Part shown: positions 1 to 7,353 of the stretch, in pieces
How the letters are laid out: each line of letters starts with the position of its first letter
Numbering within the stretch: position 1 is the stretch's first letter
UHGV virus genome: UHGV-1352889
DNA length: 64,000 nucleotides
Origin: a virus
Direction: 5' to 3' (one strand)
The notes under the pieces: model-generated
What the model was told of the DNA's origin: nothing
Seen by the model: the letters and a program-made list of their open reading frames with translations, nothing else
The model's database searches: none
Translations under genes and position numbers: made by a program

Positions 1-196
1 ACTTACAATGTTAGGCTGGACTTAAAAGTTAGACGGCACTTACAATGTTAGGCTGGACTTAAAAGTTAGTCCAGACTTAAAAGTTAGTCCAGACTTAATA
101 AGTTAGTCCAGACTTAAAAGTTAGGCTGGACTTATAAAGTTAGACGGCACTTACAATGTTAGGCTGGACTTAAAAGTTAGACCGGACTTACAGGGG
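1..196. repeat. iteron-like tandem array, at least 8 copies of RGACTTAWAAGTTAG
   Basis: Copies at 18-32, 55-69, 73-87, 91-106, 110-124, 128-143, 166-180 and 184-192. Spacing is 18-19 bp in the middle and 37 bp in the longer units. Flanking GCTGGAC/GTCCAGAC inverted half-sites are present. Confidence 0.8.
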
Positions 197-290
197 AATG
201 TTTAAGAATCCTTAATAGTTATGAATCCTTAACTATCTTGAAGCCGTTGAAGCCGTTGAATCCTGATACCCATTGCACCCGCTATCCCAC

Positions 291-326
291 CACAACCACA
301 ACCACAACCACAACCACAACCACAAC
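291..326. repeat. hexanucleotide microsatellite (CACAAC)x6
   Basis: Six perfect CACAAC units are read directly. ORF 238..486 translates this run as poly-Thr, which is an artefact. Confidence 0.9.
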
Positions 327-351
327 TTCCCGATTGCCCTATTGCCCGAAA

Positions 352-367
352 ATGTTCCATGTGGAAC
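352..367. promoter_or_regulatory. 16-bp near-palindrome TGTTCCATGTGGAACA followed by TTTAA
   Basis: There is one central mismatch. A perfect copy, TGTTCCACGTGGAACA, lies at 4278-4293 with the same TTTAA flank. Confidence 0.5.
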
Positions 368-426
368 AATTTAAGGCCAAAAGATACCAAAAGATACCAA
401 AAGAATGCCCTACACTATATATAAAA

Positions 427-554
427 GGGGAACCGGGGGAACCGGGGGAACCGGGGGAACCGGGTGTGCCGTCTCTCTATATATAGGGGGAACCGGGTGT
501 GCCGTCTCTCTATATATAGGGGGAACCGGGGGAACCGGGGGAACCGGGGGAACC
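427..554. repeat. symmetric G-rich array: 4x GGGGGAACC, 24-bp unit, 1x, 24-bp unit, 4x
   Basis: Read directly. The 9-mers lie at 427-461, 486-494 and 519-554. Two copies of GGGTGTGCCGTCTCTCTATATATA lie at 462-485 and 495-518. Confidence 0.85.
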
Positions 555-591
555 GGGAAAGTTGTATGACACAATCATAAGTGCCTGATTC

Positions 592-1182
592 TTAAAGGGT
601 GAAGAGAGCCGTGTACTCTCTTGTACCGTCTCCCGTGCCTCTGAAAATATCATCAGGGGAAAATGGCAGGGCTTTAACGGCGGAAATGAGGGCGTCTTCA
701 ATCGCTTCAGCCTTTTCCGCTGGCAAGCCCGCGCCGTAAGTCACAGAGAGAAGAATCTCTGTAGGTTCAGGGTCTTCCGTGCCAAGCGGGCCGCATGTGA
801 GAGCTTCAACCGCTTCCAGATAGTCCACATTGCCAAGGCGTCTATCATGCACGATTGCGAGGCGGTCTCTCTTAATGTTGTGGCGCAACCGGGTGGCAAC
901 CTTGCGGATGATTGCGAGCTTATCCGCCATGTCTTGCGGGGCGGGTGCGTCATCCGTCCAGCGCACCCTTGCGATATAATCCAGCAGTTCAAGCGGATAG
1001 CCACATGTGGAAATGTAGCACATGAGCGCGGCCTTGACGTCATCTTCCGTTCCCCCGTCTACGGCGGCGGCAATATCAGACATACGGGCGTCTGTGGCAT
1101 AATCATAAATTGCTTTAAGGTGCGTTGCGGCGGTGTACTTAATTGCGCCGTCACGGCGGTCTAAGATAATGTCAATAATCAT
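592..1182 (-). CDS. hypothetical protein (196 aa)
   Basis: ORF with ATG at 1182 and an AAAGGA-like motif 7 nt upstream. It is the lone minus-strand gene next to the repeat region. The overlapping ORFs 741..1043 and 847..1164 are judged spurious. Confidence 0.45.
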   Translation of the reverse strand: MIIDIILDRRDGAIKYTAATHLKAIYDYATDARMSDIAAAVDGGTEDDVKAALMCYISTCGYPLELLDYIARVRWTDDAPAPQDMADKLAIIRKVATRLRHNIKRDRLAIVHDRRLGNVDYLEAVEALTCGPLGTEDPEPTEILLSVTYGAGLPAEKAEAIEDALISAVKALPFSPDDIFRGTGDGTREYTALFTL

Positions 1183-1351
1183 GATTTTAATCCTTTCTTT
1201 TAGATAGTGTTCTCATTGTTCCGGGTTGTTCCCGGTGGATGAATGCAATTTAACATGATTGCGGAAGGCGTCAAGCGGTTTTCTTTCCGGCACGTTGTAA
1301 CTCGCTCATTATCTGCGTGTTATAATTGTGTCATACAACTCAAAAAACTAT

Positions 1352-1379
1352 CTGACAAGATACGAAAATCTGATAAATT
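1352..1379 (+). promoter_or_regulatory. early promoter copy 1: CTGACA-N16-TAAATT, weak hairpin at 1391-1406
   Basis: It is one of five near-identical upstream cassettes and is followed by the leader ...AATAGATAGGAGATTAAACA-ATG(1450). Confidence 0.6.
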
Positions 1380-1449
1380 GAAATCATCAACGGGGGAACA
1401 ACCCGGATAACGAAAAGAAACACTAAAACAATAGATAGGAGATTAAACA

Positions 1450-1818
1450 ATGAACAATCAAATCAAATTGAAAGACGGTGAAACGCTGACATGGGCAATC
1501 TACGAAAACGGTTCCGGCGTCCTGTCTCTTGTCCTGTACGCTGAAACAATCGCACACGCCCGCCCTGTTGCGGCGGTGTTTGACATCTTGCCCTGGGATG
1601 TTAAGCCCGCACTGGCGGACCTGGACATGATTCACATGTGGGAAGGCGTGAACTATGACATCGCAGACATTCATACATTCTTGCGGGAAGAGGCTACCCG
1701 GCCAGTTGCCTATTCATCCGTCATCTACCCGTCCGGAGAAGTTGAAACAATCATGGAAGAAGAGCGCATGGGCTACACCGCAAAGTGGGCGTTCGGCCTC
1801 GTCTCCCTCGTGTGCTGA
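1450..1818 (+). CDS. hypothetical early protein, paralog family with 3350..3679
   Basis: The ORF has its own promoter cassette. The N-terminal 50 aa align with the 3350 product (MNNQIKLKDGETLTWAIYENGSGVLSL vs MNTQIELKDNEIPAWAFYENGDGLLSL). Confidence 0.65.
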   Translation: MNNQIKLKDGETLTWAIYENGSGVLSLVLYAETIAHARPVAAVFDILPWDVKPALADLDMIHMWEGVNYDIADIHTFLREEATRPVAYSSVIYPSGEVETIMEEERMGYTAKWAFGLVSLVC

Positions 1819-1849
1819 ATAACTTACGCTTTTTGTCATACAACTCAAA

Positions 1850-1877
1850 AAACAATTTGACAAGCTAGGAAAATCTG
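1850..1877 (+). promoter_or_regulatory. early promoter copy 2: TTGACA-N16-TAAATT, hairpin 1889-1905 (CCGGG GGAACAA CCCGG)
   Basis: Cassette identity with copies at 1352, 3263, 4467 and 5023. Confidence 0.65.
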
Positions 1878-1954
1878 TTAAATTGAAATCATCCACCGGG
1901 GGAACAACCCGGACAACGAAAAGAAACACTAAAACAATAGAAAGAAATAATACA

Positions 1955-2383
1955 ATGAGCATATATACAGAACACGCAAAAAGATTCCTTGAAAATTGCG
2001 GAATCCGCATTACCGGAAAGTATAAGGGAAGATATGTTCCCCTGTGGGATAAAGAGCCGCATAGTACATGGGAAATTGTCCTGCGGCGTGAAGACCGTCA
2101 GAAGGGAGAAAGGCATGCAATCTTCATCACGTTCTACCAGTCACACGCAGATAAGTACAAGACGCCCACCGCATATGACGTGCTTGCCTGTCTGTGTAAG
2201 TCAGATTGCGGCGCCTATCGGGATTTTTGTGAAGATATGGGATTGCCCGAGTATGACGAGGAAACGGGGGAACGTAATATGGTTTCATATAGCATGTACA
2301 CGGGCGCATGTCACGAGTACGCAGAACTTAAAACCTTCTTCACCCGCCCGGGTGAATGGGAAGAGCTGGAAGAGATTTATTGA
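1955..2383 (+). CDS. hypothetical early protein (142 aa), Cys-rich C-terminal half
   Basis: Start chosen at the ATG at 1955 inside ORF 1883..2383, because the conserved leader AACAATAGAAAGAAATAATACA-ATG matches the other early genes. Confidence 0.55.
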   Translation: MSIYTEHAKRFLENCGIRITGKYKGRYVPLWDKEPHSTWEIVLRREDRQKGERHAIFITFYQSHADKYKTPTAYDVLACLCKSDCGAYRDFCEDMGLPEYDEETGERNMVSYSMYTGACHEYAELKTFFTRPGEWEELEEIY

Positions 2384-2450
2384 ACCTTGAAAAGATACGC
2401 CACTCTACGAAAACATTTAACCACAAACCAACAACAGAAAGAATAATACT

Positions 2451-2840
2451 ATGAAAGACATATCAGAATTACATATCAGAAAGGAAATAAAAGTAGAAGG
2501 AAATGGAAAAGTTCACCTCGCCATTGAAAGCTTTAATTCCTTGCACCGAAAAGAGTATACCCTTTCCCCCGCCATGTGGGCGGCTTCGGAAGTACTACAG
2601 GACAAGACGGCCAAGCCGGGAAGTATGTACCTGAAAGATACGTTTTCTATCTATCGGATTGGTGCTTATGACGTTATGATAATTTCATCCGTGAATGAAT
2701 CTCCGTATTTAACCCTTGAAAGATTATCGCTAGCGGAAAAGATAGCATGGTTCCCCTTCGGCATTGAAAACGTCCAACAGGTAGAAGATACCCGGCATTC
2801 TGATTCACAACATGTATCTTATCTGCGTATCATTCAATGA
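2451..2840 (+). CDS. hypothetical early protein (129 aa)
   Basis: ORF preceded by the conserved leader AACAACAGAAAGAATAATACT-ATG. Confidence 0.55.
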   Translation: MKDISELHIRKEIKVEGNGKVHLAIESFNSLHRKEYTLSPAMWAASEVLQDKTAKPGSMYLKDTFSIYRIGAYDVMIISSVNESPYLTLERLSLAEKIAWFPFGIENVQQVEDTRHSDSQHVSYLRIIQ

Positions 2841-2852
2841 ATATGAAACCCG

Positions 2853-2882
2853 TTAAAGCTGAATAACTACGCCGCCCTACAA
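2853..2882 (+). repeat. 30-nt exact repeat TTAAAGCTGAATAACTACGCCGCCCTACAA (second copy 4430-4459)
   Basis: Exact match is read directly. Shorter versions lie at 3239-3255 and 3673-3695. Confidence 0.85.
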
Positions 2883-2921
2883 TATCCAACCAACAATAAA
2901 ACAACAGAAAGAAATAAAACC

Positions 2922-3224
2922 ATGAATGAAGACGAAAAGAAAACGGCAATCGATATGTTAGCCGCCCATATCCGGGAAACACGCCCCTATCTTTTCCAGT
3001 TGTCCGCACGCCATGATGAAGAGCTAGGACTAATCGCCGCACTAGCGGAAGCAACCGGAAGCAAGCTTACCTTGCTTGTCAGGGGCCGGGAATCTGGGGA
3101 AATGCGGGCAATCAACATTGCGGACTATCGCCCTCATGAAATGGTAGTTAGCCGTGCCTTTATTTCCGACCCTCTATGCCTCGCACTGGAGGAAGCGGGC
3201 GCAAGGATTGTGTATAACCGTTAA
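2922..3224 (+). CDS. hypothetical early protein (100 aa)
   Basis: ORF with the conserved A-rich leader. Confidence 0.55.
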   Translation: MNEDEKKTAIDMLAAHIRETRPYLFQLSARHDEELGLIAALAEATGSKLTLLVRGRESGEMRAINIADYRPHEMVVSRAFISDPLCLALEEAGARIVYNR

Positions 3225-3262
3225 GTTCCCCCTGAAAAGTTACGCCGCCCTACAAAAAGTAT

Positions 3263-3290
3263 TTGACAAGATAAGAAAATCCGATAAACT
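3263..3290 (+). promoter_or_regulatory. early promoter copy 3: TTGACA-N16-TAAACT, hairpin 3302-3320 (GCGGGAG ACAAG CTCCCGC)
   Basis: Cassette identity. It is preceded by the ACGCCGCCCTACAA motif. Confidence 0.65.
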
Positions 3291-3349
3291 AAAATCATCC
3301 AGCGGGAGACAAGCTCCCGCATAACCTCAAACCTAAACAACACTATATC

Positions 3350-3679
3350 ATGAACACTCAAATCGAACTGAAAGACAACGAAATCCCGGCATGGGCATTC
3401 TACGAAAACGGTGACGGCCTTCTGTCTCTTATCTTTTTCGCCAAGTCATCCTCGCATGCACGCCCCATTGCCGCCCTGCTTAACATATACCCGCGGGACG
3501 CCCTGCCCGCAATAGATGATTCTGACATTGTGCGCTTGTGGCAGGCGGTGAAAGAGAATGAGTTAGGGGCTTGGTGTACCTACGACCCGGCGGAAATTAA
3601 CCAGTATCTGGAACAACGGTTCTGCCAGCCAGTAGCTAAAGCTTCCCATGCTCAATTATTCCCGCTTCCCATTGAATAA
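3350..3679 (+). CDS. hypothetical early protein, paralog of 1450..1818
   Basis: Shared N-terminal domain and own promoter cassette. Confidence 0.65.
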   Translation: MNTQIELKDNEIPAWAFYENGDGLLSLIFFAKSSSHARPIAALLNIYPRDALPAIDDSDIVRLWQAVKENELGAWCTYDPAEINQYLEQRFCQPVAKASHAQLFPLPIE

Positions 3680-3733
3680 CTACGCCGCCCTATAAAATCA
3701 AACAACAATAAAACAATAGAAAGCAACCATATT

Positions 3734-4264
3734 ATGAAGACTACAACTAAACCGGAAGTTCTTAAAGTATCGGACTATGCCCTTATCCATGACATTCCCA
3801 CCTATGCCCTCAATTACTTGGCGTGTGGGGAAGATGAAAGCCTCGCCCCTGATGACATTGAAAACATTGAAGAGTGGGAAAAAGACTACTATCTTGCCTA
3901 CCTCGTTGAAGGCCAGCAGGTTGCCCTTCATTCTGCCACTCCGGCTTTCGGTTCACCCTGCCCCTGCGTAAAATACTATGTCCTGCCTCGCTTTATGGGT
4001 GCTGTCCTATCATGGATAAATCCGGGTTGCCGGATGACTAACTGCTACCTTGAACTCAAGCTTACAGACGGTAGCCGGGTGAAGGTGTACCTGAAAGGAA
4101 ATCAAACCCTGCGTAGTACTATCCGCAACCTGATTGGCTTGGTAGAAATGGGGCATACTTTCACCGATATGAACGGCCACAATGTATCGCCCCGTCCCCG
4201 TGATATCGTTAATTTCTGGGTTCGCACGATGCACGGCCAAACACTGGCAACTGGAAGAATATAA
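3734..4264 (+). CDS. hypothetical early protein (176 aa)
   Basis: ORF with the leader AATAGAAAGCAACCATATT-ATG. Confidence 0.55.
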   Translation: MKTTTKPEVLKVSDYALIHDIPTYALNYLACGEDESLAPDDIENIEEWEKDYYLAYLVEGQQVALHSATPAFGSPCPCVKYYVLPRFMGAVLSWINPGCRMTNCYLELKLTDGSRVKVYLKGNQTLRSTIRNLIGLVEMGHTFTDMNGHNVSPRPRDIVNFWVRTMHGQTLATGRI

Positions 4265-4277
4265 ACCACTTGCGGCT

Positions 4278-4293
4278 TGTTCCACGTGGAACA
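4278..4293. promoter_or_regulatory. perfect 16-bp palindrome TGTTCCACGTGGAACA
   Basis: Read directly. It is followed by TTTAA, as is the copy at 352-367. Confidence 0.55.
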
Positions 4294-4434
4294 TTTAAAC
4301 CCCGGAACCCCCGGAACCCGTCAAATAACTCTAACCAAATAGAAAGAAAAAGTAGAAAGACAAAGGAATAATTCCCGCCCCCGGAATGCGGGGGATATCG
4401 GGTGCAACGGGTTCCGGGGATTCCGGGGTTTAAA
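4294..4434. repeat. long inverted repeat: 27-nt arms (TTTAAACCCCGGAACCCCCGGAACCCG / CGGGTTCCGGGGATTCCGGGGTTTAAA) flanking an 87-nt gene-less leader-like sequence
   Basis: Arms at 4294-4320 and 4408-4434 are complementary with one mismatch. The interior has an 18-nt exact match to 5913-5930 (CAAATAACTCTAACCAAA) and an internal hairpin at 4373-4396. No ORF follows. Confidence 0.7.
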
Positions 4435-4466
4435 GCTGAATAACTACGCCGCCCTACAAAAAGTAT

Positions 4467-4494
4467 TTGACAAGATAAGAAAATCTGCTAAAGT
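4467..4494 (+). promoter_or_regulatory. early promoter copy 4: TTGACA-N16-TAAAGT
   Basis: Cassette identity. It is preceded by the second copy of the 30-nt repeat. Confidence 0.6.
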
Positions 4495-4556
4495 ACATTC
4501 ATCAGCCACCGGAAGGGTGACAACTATATCAACAAAACAATAGAAAGAATAATACT

Positions 4557-4985
4557 ATGAAAGAAAATGAGATTGAAGTATGGGGAACTACGGAAGCGCA
4601 AGACGTTTCATCAAACGCCGTTAATAGCCAAGGTGAAAAGTGCCGCATTGTGCGCACCTATGACTACTACCCGGACGCGCAGGAGATTCATGAACACGTC
4701 AGTATTCAGAATGCCGTTAGCATTAAACTTGTAGAGTTTAACGCTTACAAGGTTAGGGACTTGATTGAAAATACAGAAAGGTTCCGTGCTCGTCTTTCCG
4801 ATTGCACAACCACCGTTCCTACGTGCGAGCCGAAAGCCGAACCGTATGTGAGAAGCAACTCTATTAGATTATTCCGGGAAAGAGCCGTGCAATATTATGG
4901 CACAAACTCTGATTCTTTTACCCTTTACACAGATAGAAACTTTTTGGATATTCCTATCCCCCTCGTTGTTCTCTTCTCAAAATAA
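4557..4985 (+). CDS. hypothetical early protein (142 aa)
   Basis: ORF with conserved promoter and leader. Confidence 0.55.
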   Translation: MKENEIEVWGTTEAQDVSSNAVNSQGEKCRIVRTYDYYPDAQEIHEHVSIQNAVSIKLVEFNAYKVRDLIENTERFRARLSDCTTTVPTCEPKAEPYVRSNSIRLFRERAVQYYGTNSDSFTLYTDRNFLDIPIPLVVLFSK

Positions 4986-5022
4986 ATAAGATACGCCTTT
5001 TGTCATACATATAAAAAAGTAT

Positions 5023-5050
5023 TTGACAAGATAAGAAAATCTGCTAAACT
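5023..5050 (+). promoter_or_regulatory. early promoter copy 5: TTGACA-N16-TAAACT, hairpin 5062-5079 (GCGGGG GACAAA CCCCGC)
   Basis: Cassette identity. Confidence 0.65.
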
Positions 5051-5123
5051 GAAATCATCCAGCGGGGGACAAACCCCGCAACAATAAACCAAACAACAAT
5101 AAACCGATAGAAAGAATAAGACA

Positions 5124-5873
5124 ATGAATACTACATCCGCAAACCTCAACAGTGCCGCCGCCATTAATGCCCTTACTGAACGGGCAAATGCCGCTATCGA
5201 TGCCGCCGTAGACAAGGTGCGTGACGACCTCATGAAGAATAATCAGAATGACTATGTCATCCCGGTGAAAAACATGGGGCATAACCTGAAACAGGTTGTC
5301 CGAGATAATGCCGCCTATGGTCTGGCCGCCCTTATTACTCACCGCATGCTGATGCTAGTGGCCGAACGCCTTCGCCAGTTTGAAGGCAAGGTCTATAACG
5401 TCCGAGTAGAACGGATGATGAATGACTGTCTGGCCGCCGCAATTACACAAAGCGTTGATGCGGACATTAAAATCCGAGCCTATATAGATAGAAGTCACTA
5501 CTCATGGTCGAAAGTGGTGTTTCATCATATCCTCCCCGGCATGTATGATAACATAAATATTTCCTTTAACTTTGACGTCAATGAGCTGACGCAGAGGCAG
5601 AAGCGGATTGTCACCGGAAGGGACATGGAGAAATTCATTGAAGGAATCTTCAATGATATGGTTCGTCTTGATACCAAGCTTCAAGAAATTGAGGATTCAA
5701 ACTACCGCCTTTGCAATTCCGACTACGTGTGCGCCTATTTTACACAAGCCGTTAAAGTGGAAGAGCAAGTGGAGAGCTTGAAGCAAGGCCTTAAAAACCT
5801 GACTGGTGCACAATACTATCGCTTCGACTATAACCACACAACCGTTTCCACCCTTCCCTCCTACAGGGCATGA
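5124..5873 (+). CDS. hypothetical early protein (249 aa)
   Basis: ORF with conserved promoter and leader. Confidence 0.55.
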   Translation: MNTTSANLNSAAAINALTERANAAIDAAVDKVRDDLMKNNQNDYVIPVKNMGHNLKQVVRDNAAYGLAALITHRMLMLVAERLRQFEGKVYNVRVERMMNDCLAAAITQSVDADIKIRAYIDRSHYSWSKVVFHHILPGMYDNINISFNFDVNELTQRQKRIVTGRDMEKFIEGIFNDMVRLDTKLQEIEDSNYRLCNSDYVCAYFTQAVKVEEQVESLKQGLKNLTGAQYYRFDYNHTTVSTLPSYRA

Positions 5874-5942
5874 CTTAAACCCCGCCCCAGCTACCCTATT
5901 TATTAGAACCCTCAAATAACTCTAACCAAACAATAAAACACC

Positions 5943-6272
5943 ATGAGAACCTACATTGAAAAATTAGGCAAGGAATACATTGAAGGCAGAAAAGAAAGTG
6001 GCAAGTCTCCCTTGCGGACCGGATTATACGGAGAGCGTTTGCGCTCCATGTCATGGAAGCGCACCCGACTTTTCTCCTATCAAACGCACGTTGCCACCGT
6101 CGACCGCCGAGGTAAAGTACTGTATATTACGACCAAAGAATATTCACAAACCACTACCCGGCAAATGCGGGATATGGAACGGCTCGCAAGTTGCAACGGC
6201 TTTCATATCGTACCTACCGAACGCGTTGAAGCCTATGCAAATATCCTTGAAGGACAGTATCATACATATTAA
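5943..6272 (+). CDS. hypothetical protein (109 aa)
   Basis: ORF preceded by the TTAGAACCCTCA motif at 5903. Confidence 0.5.
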   Translation: MRTYIEKLGKEYIEGRKESGKSPLRTGLYGERLRSMSWKRTRLFSYQTHVATVDRRGKVLYITTKEYSQTTTRQMRDMERLASCNGFHIVPTERVEAYANILEGQYHTY

Positions 6273-6332
6273 AGTAAAACCTGATAGAGTATTATCTTTT
6301 CTCTTAGAACCAACAAAGAACACTACAAAATT

Positions 6333-6938
6333 ATGACTGCATTTGACATTGATATTAAGGGCAGGAAACGTGATGAACTTTCCCGCACGGAATGGCTTAA
6401 ACTCACAAATCAAATCAATAAACTTCAACCTGCAATCTTTTCTTTTAAGGCAGGTGTAATATCCCATAGGATAGACAGGCCTTCCGAATGGAATGGAGAA
6501 GGAACGGTATGTGTTAAGCCGTACATGCGGCCCTACGCAATCGAACTGGAACGCACACACAATGGTGCGTGCATTGTCCGGCTCCACAAGTTGAAGTGGA
6601 ATGGCACGGTGTGGAAACTTGCGGAAACGGCGGCTCTGACTGTAGGGGATGCTATAGAACTGGCAAAGCACTTTATTGCGGTGGTTAATCAGAACTGGCA
6701 GGAAGTGGGGTTGCGTATTGCGCAGGAAGCAGGGGCGGTGGACTTCATGGTGGACGGTAGCCTCACCTATATGCGCTTCCGATTCCTCACACCCGATAAG
6801 GAATCCATGAATAAACTTAACTCCATAAAGGTTCGCAAGCTGGCAGAACGTTTCTTCCTCCCCTGCATGGTGAAGTTTACGAGCAACAAATGGCACGATG
6901 AATTGAATCTGGAAACCGTGAAGCTCGTACTCCGTTGA
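6333..6938 (+). CDS. hypothetical protein (201 aa)
   Basis: ORF preceded by the TTAGAACC motif at 6304. Confidence 0.5.
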   Translation: MTAFDIDIKGRKRDELSRTEWLKLTNQINKLQPAIFSFKAGVISHRIDRPSEWNGEGTVCVKPYMRPYAIELERTHNGACIVRLHKLKWNGTVWKLAETAALTVGDAIELAKHFIAVVNQNWQEVGLRIAQEAGAVDFMVDGSLTYMRFRFLTPDKESMNKLNSIKVRKLAERFFLPCMVKFTSNKWHDELNLETVKLVLR

Positions 6939-6942
6939 ACCC

Positions 6943-6968
6943 TTAGAAACCTCACATAGCTCTATAGT
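6943..6968 (+). promoter_or_regulatory. class-II conserved intercistronic motif TTAGAAACCTCACATAGCTCTA (copies at 7323-7350 and 7704-7727)
   Basis: Three consecutive genes share this motif 26-38 nt upstream of the ATG, overlapping the preceding stop codon. Confidence 0.55.
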
Positions 6969-7322
6969 ATGACCTCCGAAAAAGAATCTAACGTCGTCAT
7001 CCTCCGCAAGAACTGTCTCCACCACATCGGGCGAGCCGATAGGCTTCATGCCTTGTGGAGCATCGTGGAGCACCTCCATTCGGTAGTGGACATTGTTGCC
7101 CTCGTAAGCGCACTGGTTTGTTTAGGTTATCTCCTTGCCACTGGTGAACTTCTCGTATCGTACCTTACATGGTGCATCATCATCACGGGCTGGTTTGTCT
7201 TCCAGCTACTGGTAGAGTGGGGCATTGACATCATACGCCGACGCCTAAAGCGGCATCAGTTGGAGGCAAATCGCCTCGCCCGTTGCCTTGAAGATATGGG
7301 ATTCACTCGACCTATCTTCTAA
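6969..7322 (+). CDS. small membrane protein (117 aa, two predicted TM helices)
   Basis: ORF with hydrophobic stretches ALVSALVCLGYLLATG and IIITGWFVFQLLVEWG. Confidence 0.5.
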   Translation: MTSEKESNVVILRKNCLHHIGRADRLHALWSIVEHLHSVVDIVALVSALVCLGYLLATGELLVSYLTWCIIITGWFVFQLLVEWGIDIIRRRLKRHQLEANRLARCLEDMGFTRPIF

Positions 7323-7353
7323 TTAGAAACCTCAAAGCACGCTAGAAATTATT

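Noticed and set aside
1-196. CRISPR array at the left end
   Set aside because: The repeat units are 15 bp at 18-19 bp spacing, with 3-4 nt linkers instead of unique 30-40 bp spacers. This is iteron-like and does not fit a CRISPR array.
238-701. ORFs 238..486(+) and 510..701(-) inside the left-end repeat region
   Set aside because: Their translations are poly-Thr, GEPGEPGEP and GSPGSPGSP, which come directly from the (CACAAC)n and GGGGGAACC repeats. They have no promoter or RBS logic, so they are treated as non-coding.
1352-5050. Bacteroidota-type promoters (TTTG ... TAnnTTTG) for the early cassettes
   Set aside because: The elements fit TTGACA-N16-TAAAnT better. Independent canonical TTGACA-N16-TATAGT and TATGAT promoters occur on the late strand, and the TAnnTTTG match is poor.
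6144-7079. 311-aa minus-strand ORF spanning three plus-strand early genes (and similar shadow ORFs at 9822..10880, 19793..20641, 21533..22672, 35914..36807, 38674..39783, 42377..43354 and 45665..46489)
   Set aside because: They sit exactly codon-aligned antisense to genes with clear motifs or operon context. Their length is explained by depletion of TTA/CTA/TCA on the sense strand, and the protein sequences look unstructured.
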